Below, piece by piece: positions 25,761 through 37,089 of a DNA stretch of 64,000 bases (its first letter is position 1; each line of letters starts with the position of its first letter). The notes under the pieces were generated by a model. That model was not told where the DNA came from and made no database searches. It saw nothing but the letters and a program-made list of their open reading frames with translations. The position numbers and the translations under genes were made by a program. The DNA lies in contig MU053557.1 of assembly GCA_013239625.1 (NCBI GenBank), positions 193,063 through 257,062 of the forward strand, read 5' to 3'. The DNA is from Lama guanicoe. Lineage: Eukaryota.

Positions 25761-27509
25761 GAACTCTAGTTCCTTTGTACTTTGAAGGGCAGAGAAGTTG
25801 AGACACGGGATGCTTTCTGAGTGAACACCGAGACTGTGTGTGTGTTGACCATGCAGTGGTTCAGAGCTGGACCTAGAGACCTTTCACAATCTGGGGAGGA
25901 ACCGGTGTGCTCTTCCTACATGATTCAGTTCCCAGCCCCGTGAAATGAAAACTTATTGAAGAAATGTCCCCAGATTGACAAACAGTGGAAGTTCCACTGA
26001 TGCCTCCTCCAGGAGGGTGGGGGTAGAAGAATCTGGCCGAGTAATATTTAATTTTATATTTTTACTGCTCAGAGGACAAGCTTTCCTCATCCCCTTTACT
26101 GTATAGGTACGAAAACTCACTCTGCATGCCTTTCTTGGGAGAAAAACTTTGAATTCTTTTCTTTATCTTTATTCAGAACAGTTCTGCACATTCCTGAAGA
26201 AACAAGCCTTAAATCCAGAGAGCTGGGTTGACAGGACACTGGCGGAATGCCAGGAAACATATTATCATGTGTGCTAATCCTGTTTAAGAAAACAGATCAT
26301 TTTAAACTTAAGTAGGTTACATGAAAAAAAAAAAAAGAAAGAAAGAAAGAAAGAAAAAGAAGCGAAGCAAAACCAAGGAGCTCTAGCCGAGAGAATGTAA
26401 AATGAGACCATAACACAAACCACAAAGAGAAAAGGGGAAAATATAAGTATTTGGGGGAGGAGCAAAAGAGTCAAAGAAAAAGCCAAGTTAATAATAATAA
26501 AAGTAAAACGTTCTATTCTTTTGCCTTTGCACTTTTGCTAGGGATAGATACTTATCCCTGAAAATATGTGTTTCCAAGGGAGCTATTCCAGCTAATCTGA
26601 GCCATCCAGCCGTCACCACGCTAAAGAATCAGCTAGATCTCCCCATCTGGTGAAAGGCAATACATTTGCAGACATGGAGGTGTGGATGGGAACGGTTTTA
26701 TCAATTAAAAGGTGGCGGTGATGTGTGTTTGTTTATTTCACCTTTGCAGGCTGCCGAATACGCACATCCTTCAAAATATAAAGGACCTGAGTTCACTAAG
26801 TAATAAACCCTCTTATGCCTACCAGAGAGAAGACAAAGAGAAGAGGCTGAAAACTAGAATGAACACCTGATGAGGAGAGAATTGCTCCCTCTACGAGACC
26901 CTATGATTCACCAGATTCTATGGTATCAATCAGAGCTCTTGGGTGGAAGTCACAGTAGATTTATGACTTGGAACATGGCCAGAACACACACGCTTTCTTG
27001 TTTCAATAGAGGCTCGAGAGGACGCTGGATCCTGAGCTGAATCCCTCGTCTCCATCTAGTTGCATAAGCAAGGCCATATGAGGATCTTTCTGAAACTTCC
27101 GAGACTCTATTTACATGACTGCTCCCTGGGTCCCTCCTTGACACGAGGGGCCACGTGACACATCGTGCCTAGGACTTAGAGCTGAGAGTTTCCCTCTCCT
27201 GTGAGTAATGTTACTCATCATCTCTCTCCTTTTGTCTCGGTGGATAGGAATCTCAGTGCAAATACAACAATATTCAAAGTTTAGATTTTTTTTAAACAGC
27301 AAGACAACTCCTTCAATGCAAAGCTATGCAAGAGTCCAAATATAAAACAGACATACGAGGTGCTATTCTGAGTGGAGCAGAGACAGAAAAGCTTACAAAT
27401 GTGGCTCCTACTCATCCTCCTTCCTTCCTTGGTGGCCTCTAAATCACCTCTAAGAACCATCTCAGGGTAGAGAGGGTTTCTCAGACAAGACCCAGAAAGC
27501 ACACGCCAC

Positions 27510-28715
27510 AAAAAGAAAAGATCGATATACTTGACTGTGTTAAATCAGTTTCTACATTATTTTTAAAAGGCACCCCAAATGCAGTTACATAAGTAAGCAG
27601 TCAACTGGGAGAAGATATTTGCAATTCTTATAATGAGCAAAGAATGTGTTTCTAGATTCTATAATGAATTACAAATGAACCAGAAAAAGCTCAATCTTCC
27701 AATTTTAAAAAATGGACAAAAGGTATAAACAAGTGATTTCTAGAAGAGAGAAACCGGCCAGTTAAGATGTGGAAAGATGTAATTAAGACCCTATAATTAA
27801 AAGGACAATGTCACATGTGTCAGGGAAGTGTCTCAAAAGTCTGACACTCATTATTGCTGGTGAGGATGTGGGGAAATTCTGATATGCTGCAGGTGGGTGT
27901 GTAAATTGGTGCAAGCAACTTGGAGAGCAATTTGGCAGTGTCAAGAGAGGGTGGAGCTGCACAGATGTGCCGAGCTGTGTGGCCTGAATTCTCTCCTAGA
28001 TGTAAGTTATTTATATACAAAGTTCACATGAGCGCAATAATACATGGACAGGAGAGCTCATTATGGCAATTTTGGGGGGGGAGTAATTAGATTTATTTAT
28101 TTATTTTTAAACGGAGGTACTGGGGATTGAACCCAGACCTTGTGCGTGCTAAGCATGTGCTCTACCACCGAGCTATATACCCTTCTCCCGTATAACAGTT
28201 TTTGTAGTAGCTAAAATTTGGAAACATGCTCAGTGTCTATCAATATATAGGTAAATTGTAGCTTATTTGTTCAATAGAATGCTATTCAGCAGTTAAAACA
28301 AATAATTTAGATCTATATTTAACGATGTAGATAAACACTGAAAACAGAGCAGAAAAGGCACATTGAGGGCTGAAAGGTACAGCGTGTTACTGTCTGTATA
28401 AGGCTGACACACTAACAATATACTATGTTGCGTAGGTGTGTGCAGACGTAGTGCAAGTATGGACACCCGGACAGAGAGGATGATTCCCACCACTTAGGAA
28501 TAGCGGTTAAATCTGAGGAAGAGGAGGGGATGAGACCTGGCCAGGTATGGGGAGGACCACAGCCTAACTGGGATATTTTTGTTTTTATCATAAAAAGGAA
28601 AGATCTGAGTCAAACATGGCAAAAGGGCTTCCACTTGCGAAATCTGGATGATGGGCAAATTGATATATTTCATATTATTCCCTGTTCTATGTCTTTGATT
28701 TTTTAATAATAAAAA
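27510..28715 (+). mobile_element. Old L1M (L1MC/ME-like) ORF2 end and 3' UTR, interrupted by a SINE
   Basis: CTGGGAGAAGATATTTGCAA, AAAAATGGACAAAAGGTATAAACAAG, TGGGTGTGTAAATTGGTGCAAGCAACTTGGAGAGCAATTTGGCAG. Confidence 0.75.
28074..28189 (-). mobile_element. Camelid tRNA-derived SINE (Vic-1/SINE_Vpa type)
   Basis: Reverse complement reads GGGAGAAGGGTATATAGCTCGGTGGTAGAGCACATGCTTAGCACGCACAAGGTCTGGGTTCAATCCCCAGTACCTCCGTTTAAAAATAAATAAATAAATCTAATTACTCCCCC: Pol III A/B boxes and an AT-rich tail. Confidence 0.85.
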
Positions 28716-29036
28716 TAATGTATGCAGTGAAAACTACCACAATTATGAAATCGAATAACCCTGGCCATGATTTCTGGGACGATTTTCTTTCTCCTTCACT
28801 GTCCAGCTCTCGACCTTCTACCCTTATGGTAGAGGGCTTACCATCTCTGTGCCCTAGTCCCTGTGTTTCACAGGAGATGATGTACGTGGCGGTCCTAGGA
28901 TGGTGTGTAACATGAAGCAGGCGTGTTAGTTCCAGTTACATCGTCCCACTTGAAAGCCTTTCTGCAGGAGTGTATGAGGTATCTGAGTAACAAACAGCCC
29001 CCTGGTTGTCCTCCATGTTCCTAGTCATTGGCACGT

Positions 29037-29527
29037 GCATTTACTATCTCACAATTGTATAGATCAGAAGTCCAGTGGGCTTGGCCGTGAGTCGCAGGAG
29101 GTCTAAATGAAGGTGTTGGTCTCCCTGGGGTCTAGGTTCTGGTTGTCAGCAGCGTTCAGCTCTGAATGGCTGTAGGACTGAGGTCCTGTTTCCTTGCTGG
29201 TTTTCTGACTGGCTTTGTGTTCTCAGCTCTTAGAAGCCTTCTGTATTCCTTGGCTCATTGCCTCTTCATTTTCAAAGTCAGCAACAGTAGGGTGAGTTCC
29301 TCTCACACTTTGTGTCTTTCTGCTCTCTTCTGTTTGACTCTTCCTCCTCCTCAACTTTTAAGATGACATTGGGAAGCCCAGATAATCCAGGATAATTTTT
29401 CCACCTCAAGGTCTGTAACCTACATCATATCTGCAAAGACCCTTTTTTGCCATGGAAAGTAGCATGTTCACAGGTTTGGGAATCAGGTTGTGGACATCTT
29501 TGGGGAGTCATCATGCTGCCTACCATA
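29037..29527 (-). mobile_element. MLT1-type MaLR solo LTR
   Basis: ATTTACTATCTCACAATTGTATAGATCAGAAGTCC...GATAATCCAGGATAAT...TCTGCAAAGACCCTTTTTTGCCATG...GTGGACATCTTTGGGGAG...CTGCCTACCATA. Confidence 0.8.
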
Positions 29528-30029
29528 CCACCTGGTCAACTATTTTGGGAACAACACCATCAAAAACAACAATGATTAAAGCAGTAATGCCAGTGTTACA
29601 GACGACAAAGTACAGGCCCAGTATATCCTGGCCCCACAACAGAAACCAGGCGGTCTGAGCCCAAAACTCGTGCTCTTACCTGCTCTGCCCCTGCAAAAGC
29701 GCTTGACCTACAAACTCTGGAATCTGCAGAGACAACAGATTGCAGTTTTAGCCCTGATTTTCAGTGCCCCTTGCTAATTTCCTTACAGCGCTATGAAACA
29801 GGAATGATGCCCCAGGATGGGCCTGGAGAGATGGGGCTGGAAAGCCCTTTCCATTTAAAGAGAAAAATCAGAATCTTTTTACTCACATGACAGTGACAAA
29901 GTCATGGAATCAGGGTCTCAATGCGTCACACACAAGGGACTGGGTGTAGAATCAAATATAAAAGTGTTAATCATAGAAGATGATCACAATGTAAAAAGTG
30001 AAAACAGAGGATAATAGAATAGGAGACAT

Positions 30030-31610
30030 TTACTATTTATTGAGCATCTGGGAAATAGCAGGCAGTGCACTCGGCACCTGGGATATAAAGTGAATGAGAC
30101 AGGTAACCGCTCACCCCCGCCCCACTGGGGCTTACATTCTATGGGTTGCTGGAAGACTGACAATAAATAATAGGCATTCAAAAGAATATATATGAATTAT
30201 ATTATATATATAATATAGTATGTAATAAAGTGATAGTGCTTTGGAAAAAACAGAACAAGAAAGAGCGGCAGTGGTGAGGATGGGCAAGTTTCAGTTTTAA
30301 GTGGGGTGCTCAAGTCGGATTCATCAAGAGGGTGATATTTCAGCAAAAATTTGCAGGAGGTGAATGATTTGTAATGCAGGTATCAGGGGAAGAATATTTC
30401 AGGCAAATGGGATATGCAGTGCAAAGGCCCTGCGGTAGGAGCATGCCTGGTGTGCCTGAGGAAGAACAAGAAGTCCAGGGTGTCTGCAGTGGAATTAAGA
30501 AGGGAAACAGAGCAGAGGAGTCAGGAAGCAAAGGGGCCAAACCACGTGTAACCTTGGCTTTTACCTTGAGTAAGCCACTGGAGCACTATGACCTGGTTTG
30601 CTGAATGTGGATTGGTGTGGCTGCTATGTTGAGAGTGGACTACTGGGGACAAAGTGGAAGCTGGGTGGCTAGTAATCTTGGCCAGTCTAGACTGGGTAGT
30701 AATAATTGGAAAGTCTGGACTCTGGCTCTATTTTCAAGACATGGATATGCTGATGGATTGGTCAGAGTCTTGAGCAAAAGAGAACTGTGGGCTGCCATCA
30801 ACTGAGATGGGCAAGACTGAGGGCAGAACAGGTTTGGTAGAACGGGAGTGAGTGGAAGGGAAAAAGGAGAGTTCATCTCGGACATGGGGTGTTAAAAAAT
30901 GTTCATTAGACATTCAAGTGGGATGTTGGGTTGGCTGTTGGTTTTGCGTCTGAGGTTAAGGAGAGAGGTCTGGGCTGGAGACAGGATTCTTGGAGTTGCC
31001 ACTGTAAGTGTTTAAAATCACAAGATGACTGAGGGCAGCAAGGGAGTGAGTGTAAAATGAGAGTTGATGGAGTCCCTGGGGCACTCCGTCTTGGAAGAGA
31101 AGAGGAAGAATAAGCAAAGGAAACAGGAGAGCAGAGCCTGGGAAGGTGGACCAAGAGACAGTGATGTCCTGGAATCTGGTGTCGAAGCTGAATACTGACC
31201 GTTGCATTTAGTAATGTGGGGTTCACTGGGCACTGTGAAGAGAGGTCTTTCCATGTGGTGGGGCAGCAGGGAGAACCAGGCTGAACTGAGCTTAAGACTT
31301 CATGGATTGGGGAAGGAATCAGAGTCTCCGCATACAGACAACTGCGAGGAGTTTTACTGCCAAGGAGGTGAGAGACATGGAGTGAAGCCCTAGGGGTTTG
31401 GAGGATACCAATATTATTGCTAAAGATAAGAGAAGTAATGGCATGTCTGTTGGCTGATAGGAATGATCCAGTAAAGAGGAGAAAGTTCTCAGGATATGGG
31501 CAACGGAGGGAAGAATTAGCTAGAGGGGACTGGGTCCAGGGTGCAGAAGAGGAGGAACTGGCTTTACAAAGAAGCATGAGATAAGAAAGCTGTGCAGCAG
31601 CCGAACTGAG
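30030..31610 (-). mobile_element. L2 LINE, ~1.6 kb
   Basis: TTTATTGAGCATCT, GTGCAAAGGCCCTGCGGTAGGAGCATGCCTGGTGTG, AGACATTCAAGTGGGATGTTG and GGAGAGAGGTCTGGGCTGGAGA. Confidence 0.85.
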
Positions 31611-31912
31611 GGAAATGAACTCTTGAGTAGCTCTTGTATTTCCTGGTCAAAGAGAGTCTTTCTCTCACCACGAGGCCACCATACCAGCAGCTGGAATGGC
31701 CAGTGTCTGGGAGGCTAAATTCTTTTGGTGGCCTTAACATTGCTTTTGTTAGAACCAAGCTGCCTTCAGGCTTTCTACCGGTTCGGTTTTTTTGTTTTTG
31801 TTTTGCCAGGGAAAGTTCACTCTACAGGTTAGAACAGCAACACTTACTGGGTAAAAGGCAGCTATCTGATTCCCTTCTGGACCCAGGACTGGATTATTCA
31901 AAAGACAGAGTA

Positions 31913-32083
31913 TATATGCATGTGCGTGTATGTCTGAAACATTACGCTGTGCACCAGAAATTGACACAACATTGTAAACTGACTATACGTCGACGAAAAT
32001 TTTTAAAAATCCAACATAATGAGATACAGATTTAAAAAGAAAAATAAAAAGAGTGAAGGGGAAAAACAAACAAACCCCCCCCC
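31913..32083 (+). mobile_element. Short young L1 3' end with a perfect 12-bp TSD
   Basis: GTCTGAAACATTACGCTGTGCACCAGAAATTGACACAACATTGTAAACTGACTATAC; TSD AAAGACAGAGTA at 31901-31912 and 32084-32095. Confidence 0.9.
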
Positions 32084-33824
32084 AAAGACAGAGTAGGCGT
32101 GTACTTAAAGTCCCACCAGCAAAACAAGGGCACTGAAAGAGAAGTGCAGGGGGGAAGAGAGGAGTTTAGATTAACTGCACTTATTCAGAATTTTACCACC
32201 TCCAAAGCCAAAAAGAAATTATTCTGGTCTCTGAATGCATGTAAACTCTGTGTTTTACAGCTAAGCGTTGCTTTGTTTTCAATTTTCAGAAGGCAGGGCA
32301 CCATTATTTGTGAATACTTACAGTTTATAAGAATCATAATTCAGCCATGTTTCAACCAGGTCCCTTTGAGTAGAAGGAACCTGATCCACGGTCAGAGATG
32401 ATAGGCCAGACTATACAGACAGTCCCAAGGGGGCCTGAGAGAAGCCATCTGCAGCTCACTTTAACTCATCACCTCTGAGTGAATAATAATAGGAAATGCA
32501 CACCCTAAAATAGTAGGCCAGGGTATCATCTCTACATGTGACAAATGGCACATGGGGAGTCTAAATAAAGATTTTATTTCGTGAAATCCAATTACATCAA
32601 AGCCTTATGCAGCTCCGGGTCTGCCACACATGGCTCCACGGCCAAACGGCACTGAAGTCAGGGACGGGGGCCTTTTCCTGCTGTTTACACGGGAAACACA
32701 TCAGTCTCTATTTGACCCTCCCAGTGAAGTTACTCCACTTGACCACACATTCAAGTGTTCACGTTTTCTTTTTCCCCCCAAATTATATTCTCCAGAAAAG
32801 AAGTGGTAAGGGTGGGTGGGGCCTTGTCTTTCCCTGATAGTGGATGTTTTGAGGAGATGGGAGGCAATGCCATGGAAGAGGAGGGTAAGCCTCAGGATAG
32901 CCACGGGAGAGAGAACAGAGAGGAGCAGGCGGGCAGTGAGGGAGAACAGGAGTGAATTCAGTTCCCACTTGTCACGTGCTACAGTCACAAAGAGGAATAA
33001 CCCACAGTTCCCGCCCTCAGTGACTGATGGGTTGGAACGGAGGTTTTCAACCTTTTGAGTCACACCTGTTAGACAGTATTTCACATGCCCAACCCACTCC
33101 CATCATCCGTAAGGGTACTTCTGCACTGTGATAAGATACTCTGCAAATGTTGTGCAGTTCTGAGCTCAGTCGTGACGCATCTTCTCTTTCTCCACTGCCC
33201 TCTGTGTGGACACTGCTGCCAGCCTTCCCGTCCCCACTTCACACGTGCCCCCGCGCACAGTACGCATGGGGTTAGGTGGATATTGACCCATCCCCGGCTC
33301 TAGGACCTAAGCGAACCTGTTATCATTCTGTTTGGTTCAGGAGAAGGGAGGGTGACCTCTCTTTTCCTGGAGAGAAAACCAGACTGTGGTGTAATGGTTG
33401 GGGGGAGGGGTGGGACGAGGAAGACAAGCTCCCTCTCCGAGGGGCGGTGCAGTGTGACTACAACTGCTGCTGTCACTTTGCTCCCATGAGTGACGCCAGC
33501 GTGAGATGAAGCCAGCGGAGCCAAGAGAACCGCAGCTGGGAGGAGCAACAGCCAGACACAAACATGCCTAAAGTCCATGTAACACACATCCTCGTGGGTG
33601 TACTCTTATCTACTTATTCATGTATGTATTTCCATCGTAGGAGCTAATACATTCCTTTTATGGTCTAATCCAGCGTGAATGGGGTGTTGGGAAGTTGCCA
33701 CCAAAAGCACTGTTACACACGTAGCGAGTCTTCCAACCCTGTGGCTAAGAACCTCTGGTCTACAGCAAGTTCACATATGTTACTAGTTTGACAAATAAAA
33801 CAACTATATCCTCATAACAATAAC

Positions 33825-34217
33825 TATTATAGCATTATATATGTTATATATTATGTAAATATACATTGTATAATATATTTATATGATTTATATTATATTT
33901 ACATATATAAATGCTATATAATATTTATGTAATATATTTACATATATTATGCAAACAATATTTATTATTTATAGATATAAATACTATGTAGTATTTACAT
34001 AATATATTTACATATATAATATATTTTTATGTAATACTTATGTAATATACGTAATATGTTGTAATAGAATATATAATGTGTATGTATGTAAATGTATATA
34101 AATATATGTTACATAAGATAACATTGTATATTTATATATAAATAATATCTATTTATATAGTACATATTTATATAATATACACTATTATATATTTACATAT
34201 ATAAATATATAAAATAT
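33825..34217. repeat. ~390-bp AT-rich degenerate (TA)n low-complexity tract
   Basis: Direct read; recurring unit similar to TAATATATTTACATATAT. Confidence 0.95.
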
Positions 34218-36514
34218 GAAAGTAAGCAACAGCATTTAGAAAGATGTCCTTGGATTGAGGTGGTGGTGGTAATTGTGATTTGCAGCCTAAGAGACAAAAG
34301 GCAGAGAATGAAAATGAGAACTCCAGATGAAGAAATACTTATGATTCTTAATTGGCTCTAAATATATAGAGTGACCAGGGAGGTCTTCCCATTGCCAAGC
34401 TATCCGTTCAGGAACAGTGATGGCAGAGGTGTGGCTAGAAGAAGAGAAAGCCCCTGTGGACAGTGGTGGTAGGTCTGGACAGGAAGTGCTAAAACATTAC
34501 TGGATGAACCAATGAAGCTAATGCGTAGTGATGCTGACGTAGTACAGCATCTCAGAGGCCTGCAAATTAAAGCTACCAGTGGGTATAGCAAACATTGGGC
34601 CATCGACGGAAAAGCAAGTGTTCCAGGCCCACAAGCAGCTTGTTTGCATAAATGCAGCAGACTGAAGCTAGTGTGCGAGAGGGTCCTGGAGAATGCGGGA
34701 CCTGAAGCTGCATCACTTTTGTTGACTCAGCAAGACATGCTACCTTTGGCCACGTCCTTAACTACACTGTTCATGTCCTTCCTTTAAGACCATTTCCCCT
34801 CCCTCCCTCCCAGCTCTCCTTTTATTTTTGCCTTCCTTTCCCTTGTGTATGGATGCTGCTTTTATGCACAGCTCCTCGTTGTACAATTGAGATCGGTCCT
34901 TAGATATGACTGTGCAAGTTCAGCCTGAGTGGCTCGAGGCAGTTTCTTGAACTTGATCGCTTTTGGGAAATTTTTAATATTTCCTGGAAATTGCCTGAGT
35001 CAGCTCAAGAGTCAATGATAAAACATATCCTGTAAGTCCTGTGTACAACATGTGGGCCGAGAAAGGACAGAGCAATTTTCCAGCTGTTCAAATAATGAGC
35101 AAAATACTCCCTTCAGGGGATTCCTTTGCGTAGGACAGAAAGCTAAGGCAGGATGGAGTGGGAAGGAAGGTTGGGGGATGTCTGGAAAATTAAGGGGGAG
35201 ACAAGACAGTGTGGTGCTGGAAGGCCTCTAAGTGCTAAGAAGACAGCTCTTGAGGAAGAGTTAAGACTGGAGTCAAACCAGAAGCTCCCCTGATTTTCAT
35301 TCTTCCCATACACAACTTTGTCAGTATCTAAGAGAGAGGAAGGAGAAGCAGAGCAAGGAGTGTGTTTGGAAAACTTCGAAGAACCAAATGAGTGTGGCTT
35401 TCTCATCGCACAAATGCTGTATTTTATCTTGCAACTCTTAGACTGCAGATGGGCAGTGTCTCTCATGCCAGGTCTGTGGTTGAGTGATGGTTTAGAAATA
35501 AAGCGCATTTTCTCTCTGGTTCCCAGGGCTCAAATTTCCAGGGTACAGCAGAAATCTAGTAGCTTGAGTCTCTCCATGCGACACAGAGCTTTACTAAATC
35601 TCTCCAGGTTGGAGACCTTCACAACTTTGTTAGGGGAACCGCCTACCTTCTTTCCCCTTTCATCTTTCCCTCCCTCCTTCCGGCCATTCATTAAACCAAC
35701 AGCTCAGAGAGCACTGATGGGTATCAGACGCTGTGATAGGCTCGGGGAACGCGAGAGTGACTAGGCGTGGTTTCTGTCCCAGAGCAGGTTATTCCCCAGT
35801 TGAAGAGCCACACTGTGAATAGATAAGTTACAATATGGAAAGATGACTGTTACAAAGAAGGCAGAATGGTGGGAGCCCCCGCTGGCGGTGGAATGTTCTT
35901 GCCTTGCTAACTAAAGTAGGGTAGGGGGCAGCCCACCCGCTACCTCCACAGAACCAGGCACCCGAGAGCTTATCAGCCAGCGGGAAGTTCTGATACCAAG
36001 AATAACATTTTAGCTGGCAGAGGATCACTCCCAGGCAGAGGTTTGAGGAGCTGGTGTTACAAAATTTCCACATTTCCTTTCACAGACCGTTGGTTGGAAG
36101 GAAATCGGCATTGTTTTTTATTTGCTTGTTTATGTTTTTGAAGAGCAAAGTCATCTGGCAGTTTTTCTATCAAAATAAAGCGGGACATAAAAATACACAT
36201 CCTCTGACCCTGCAATTCTATTTCTAGGAAATTGCCCTCAGATACATTCTGAGGAATGTTCAGGGATAAAGGTATAAGTAAGCTCATGAAAACAGTGTTT
36301 GTAAGAGTGAAAAATTATAAATAACCTAAGTGTCTAATTAGAGAGAAATGGTTAAATAAATTATACAATTCTAGGCAGTACTTTAAAGGAACTGTGTAGA
36401 GATCTAAGTGGAAAGAGATTGTTGAGCACCAAAAGCATGCTGCAGAATAATTTATGTAGTCTAATAACAATTACGATTTTTAAAAACCCTATACACATGC
36501 AAACATTATATCAT

Positions 36515-36569
<55 letters not shown>

Positions 36570-36570
36570 G

Positions 36571-36618
<48 letters not shown>

Positions 36619-36663
36619 CCTACCTACCTACCTACCTATCTACCTATCTAAATCTGTCTATCT
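36515..36663. repeat. (TCTA)n/(CCTA)n tetranucleotide microsatellite within an old L1M remnant (~36150-36800)
   Basis: Direct read; source of the YLSI-repeat ORF. Confidence 0.95.
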
Positions 36664-36814
36664 AGAAAAAAGCATGGAAAGGTGTCCACAAGTTAACAGC
36701 AGCTATTTCTAGGGAAGGGAATAAGGTTGAAAGTAGGCGCTGGGATGGGTAGAAGGGATATTAACTTTTACTTTACATATTGCTACATCATTTAAAGGTT
36801 TTAAAAATTTAAAA

Positions 36815-36996
36815 AAATTTTAATTGATGTACAGTCGATTTATAATGCTGTGTTAGCTTCTAGTGTACAGCATAGTGATTCAATTATACATACATATATA
36901 TTTCCTTTTCATGTTCTTCTTTATGATAGATTATTATAAGATATTGAATGCAGTTCCCTGTGCTATACAGTAAGACCTTGTTGTTTATTTTATATT
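36815..36996 (-). mobile_element. Cetartiodactyl-type L1 3' end
   Basis: TTAATTGATGTACAGTCGATTTATAATGCTGTGTTAGCTTCTAGTGTACAGCATAGTGATTCA...GTTCCCTGTGCTATACAGTAAGACCTTGTTG. Confidence 0.9.
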
Positions 36997-37089
36997 GAAT
37001 GTTTTTTTGCATTCATATATTGCATGCATTCATATATTACTCTCACTAAAACATAATGACGGTTCAAATTCCAATGGCATCCAACATAC

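Noticed and set aside
24343..25762. Pair of paralogous ~130-aa ORFs suggesting a duplicated gene
   Set aside because: The similarity comes from the inverted LTR-derived duplication and appears in more than one frame; no coding signature.
28074..28189. tRNA gene
   Set aside because: The tRNA-like head is followed by an AT-rich tail and is inserted in an old L1, so it is a SINE.
30906..31577. 223-aa minus-strand ORF
   Set aside because: Lies wholly within a decayed L2; not a host gene.
36419..36712. YLSI-repeat ORF
   Set aside because: Translation of the (TCTA)n microsatellite.
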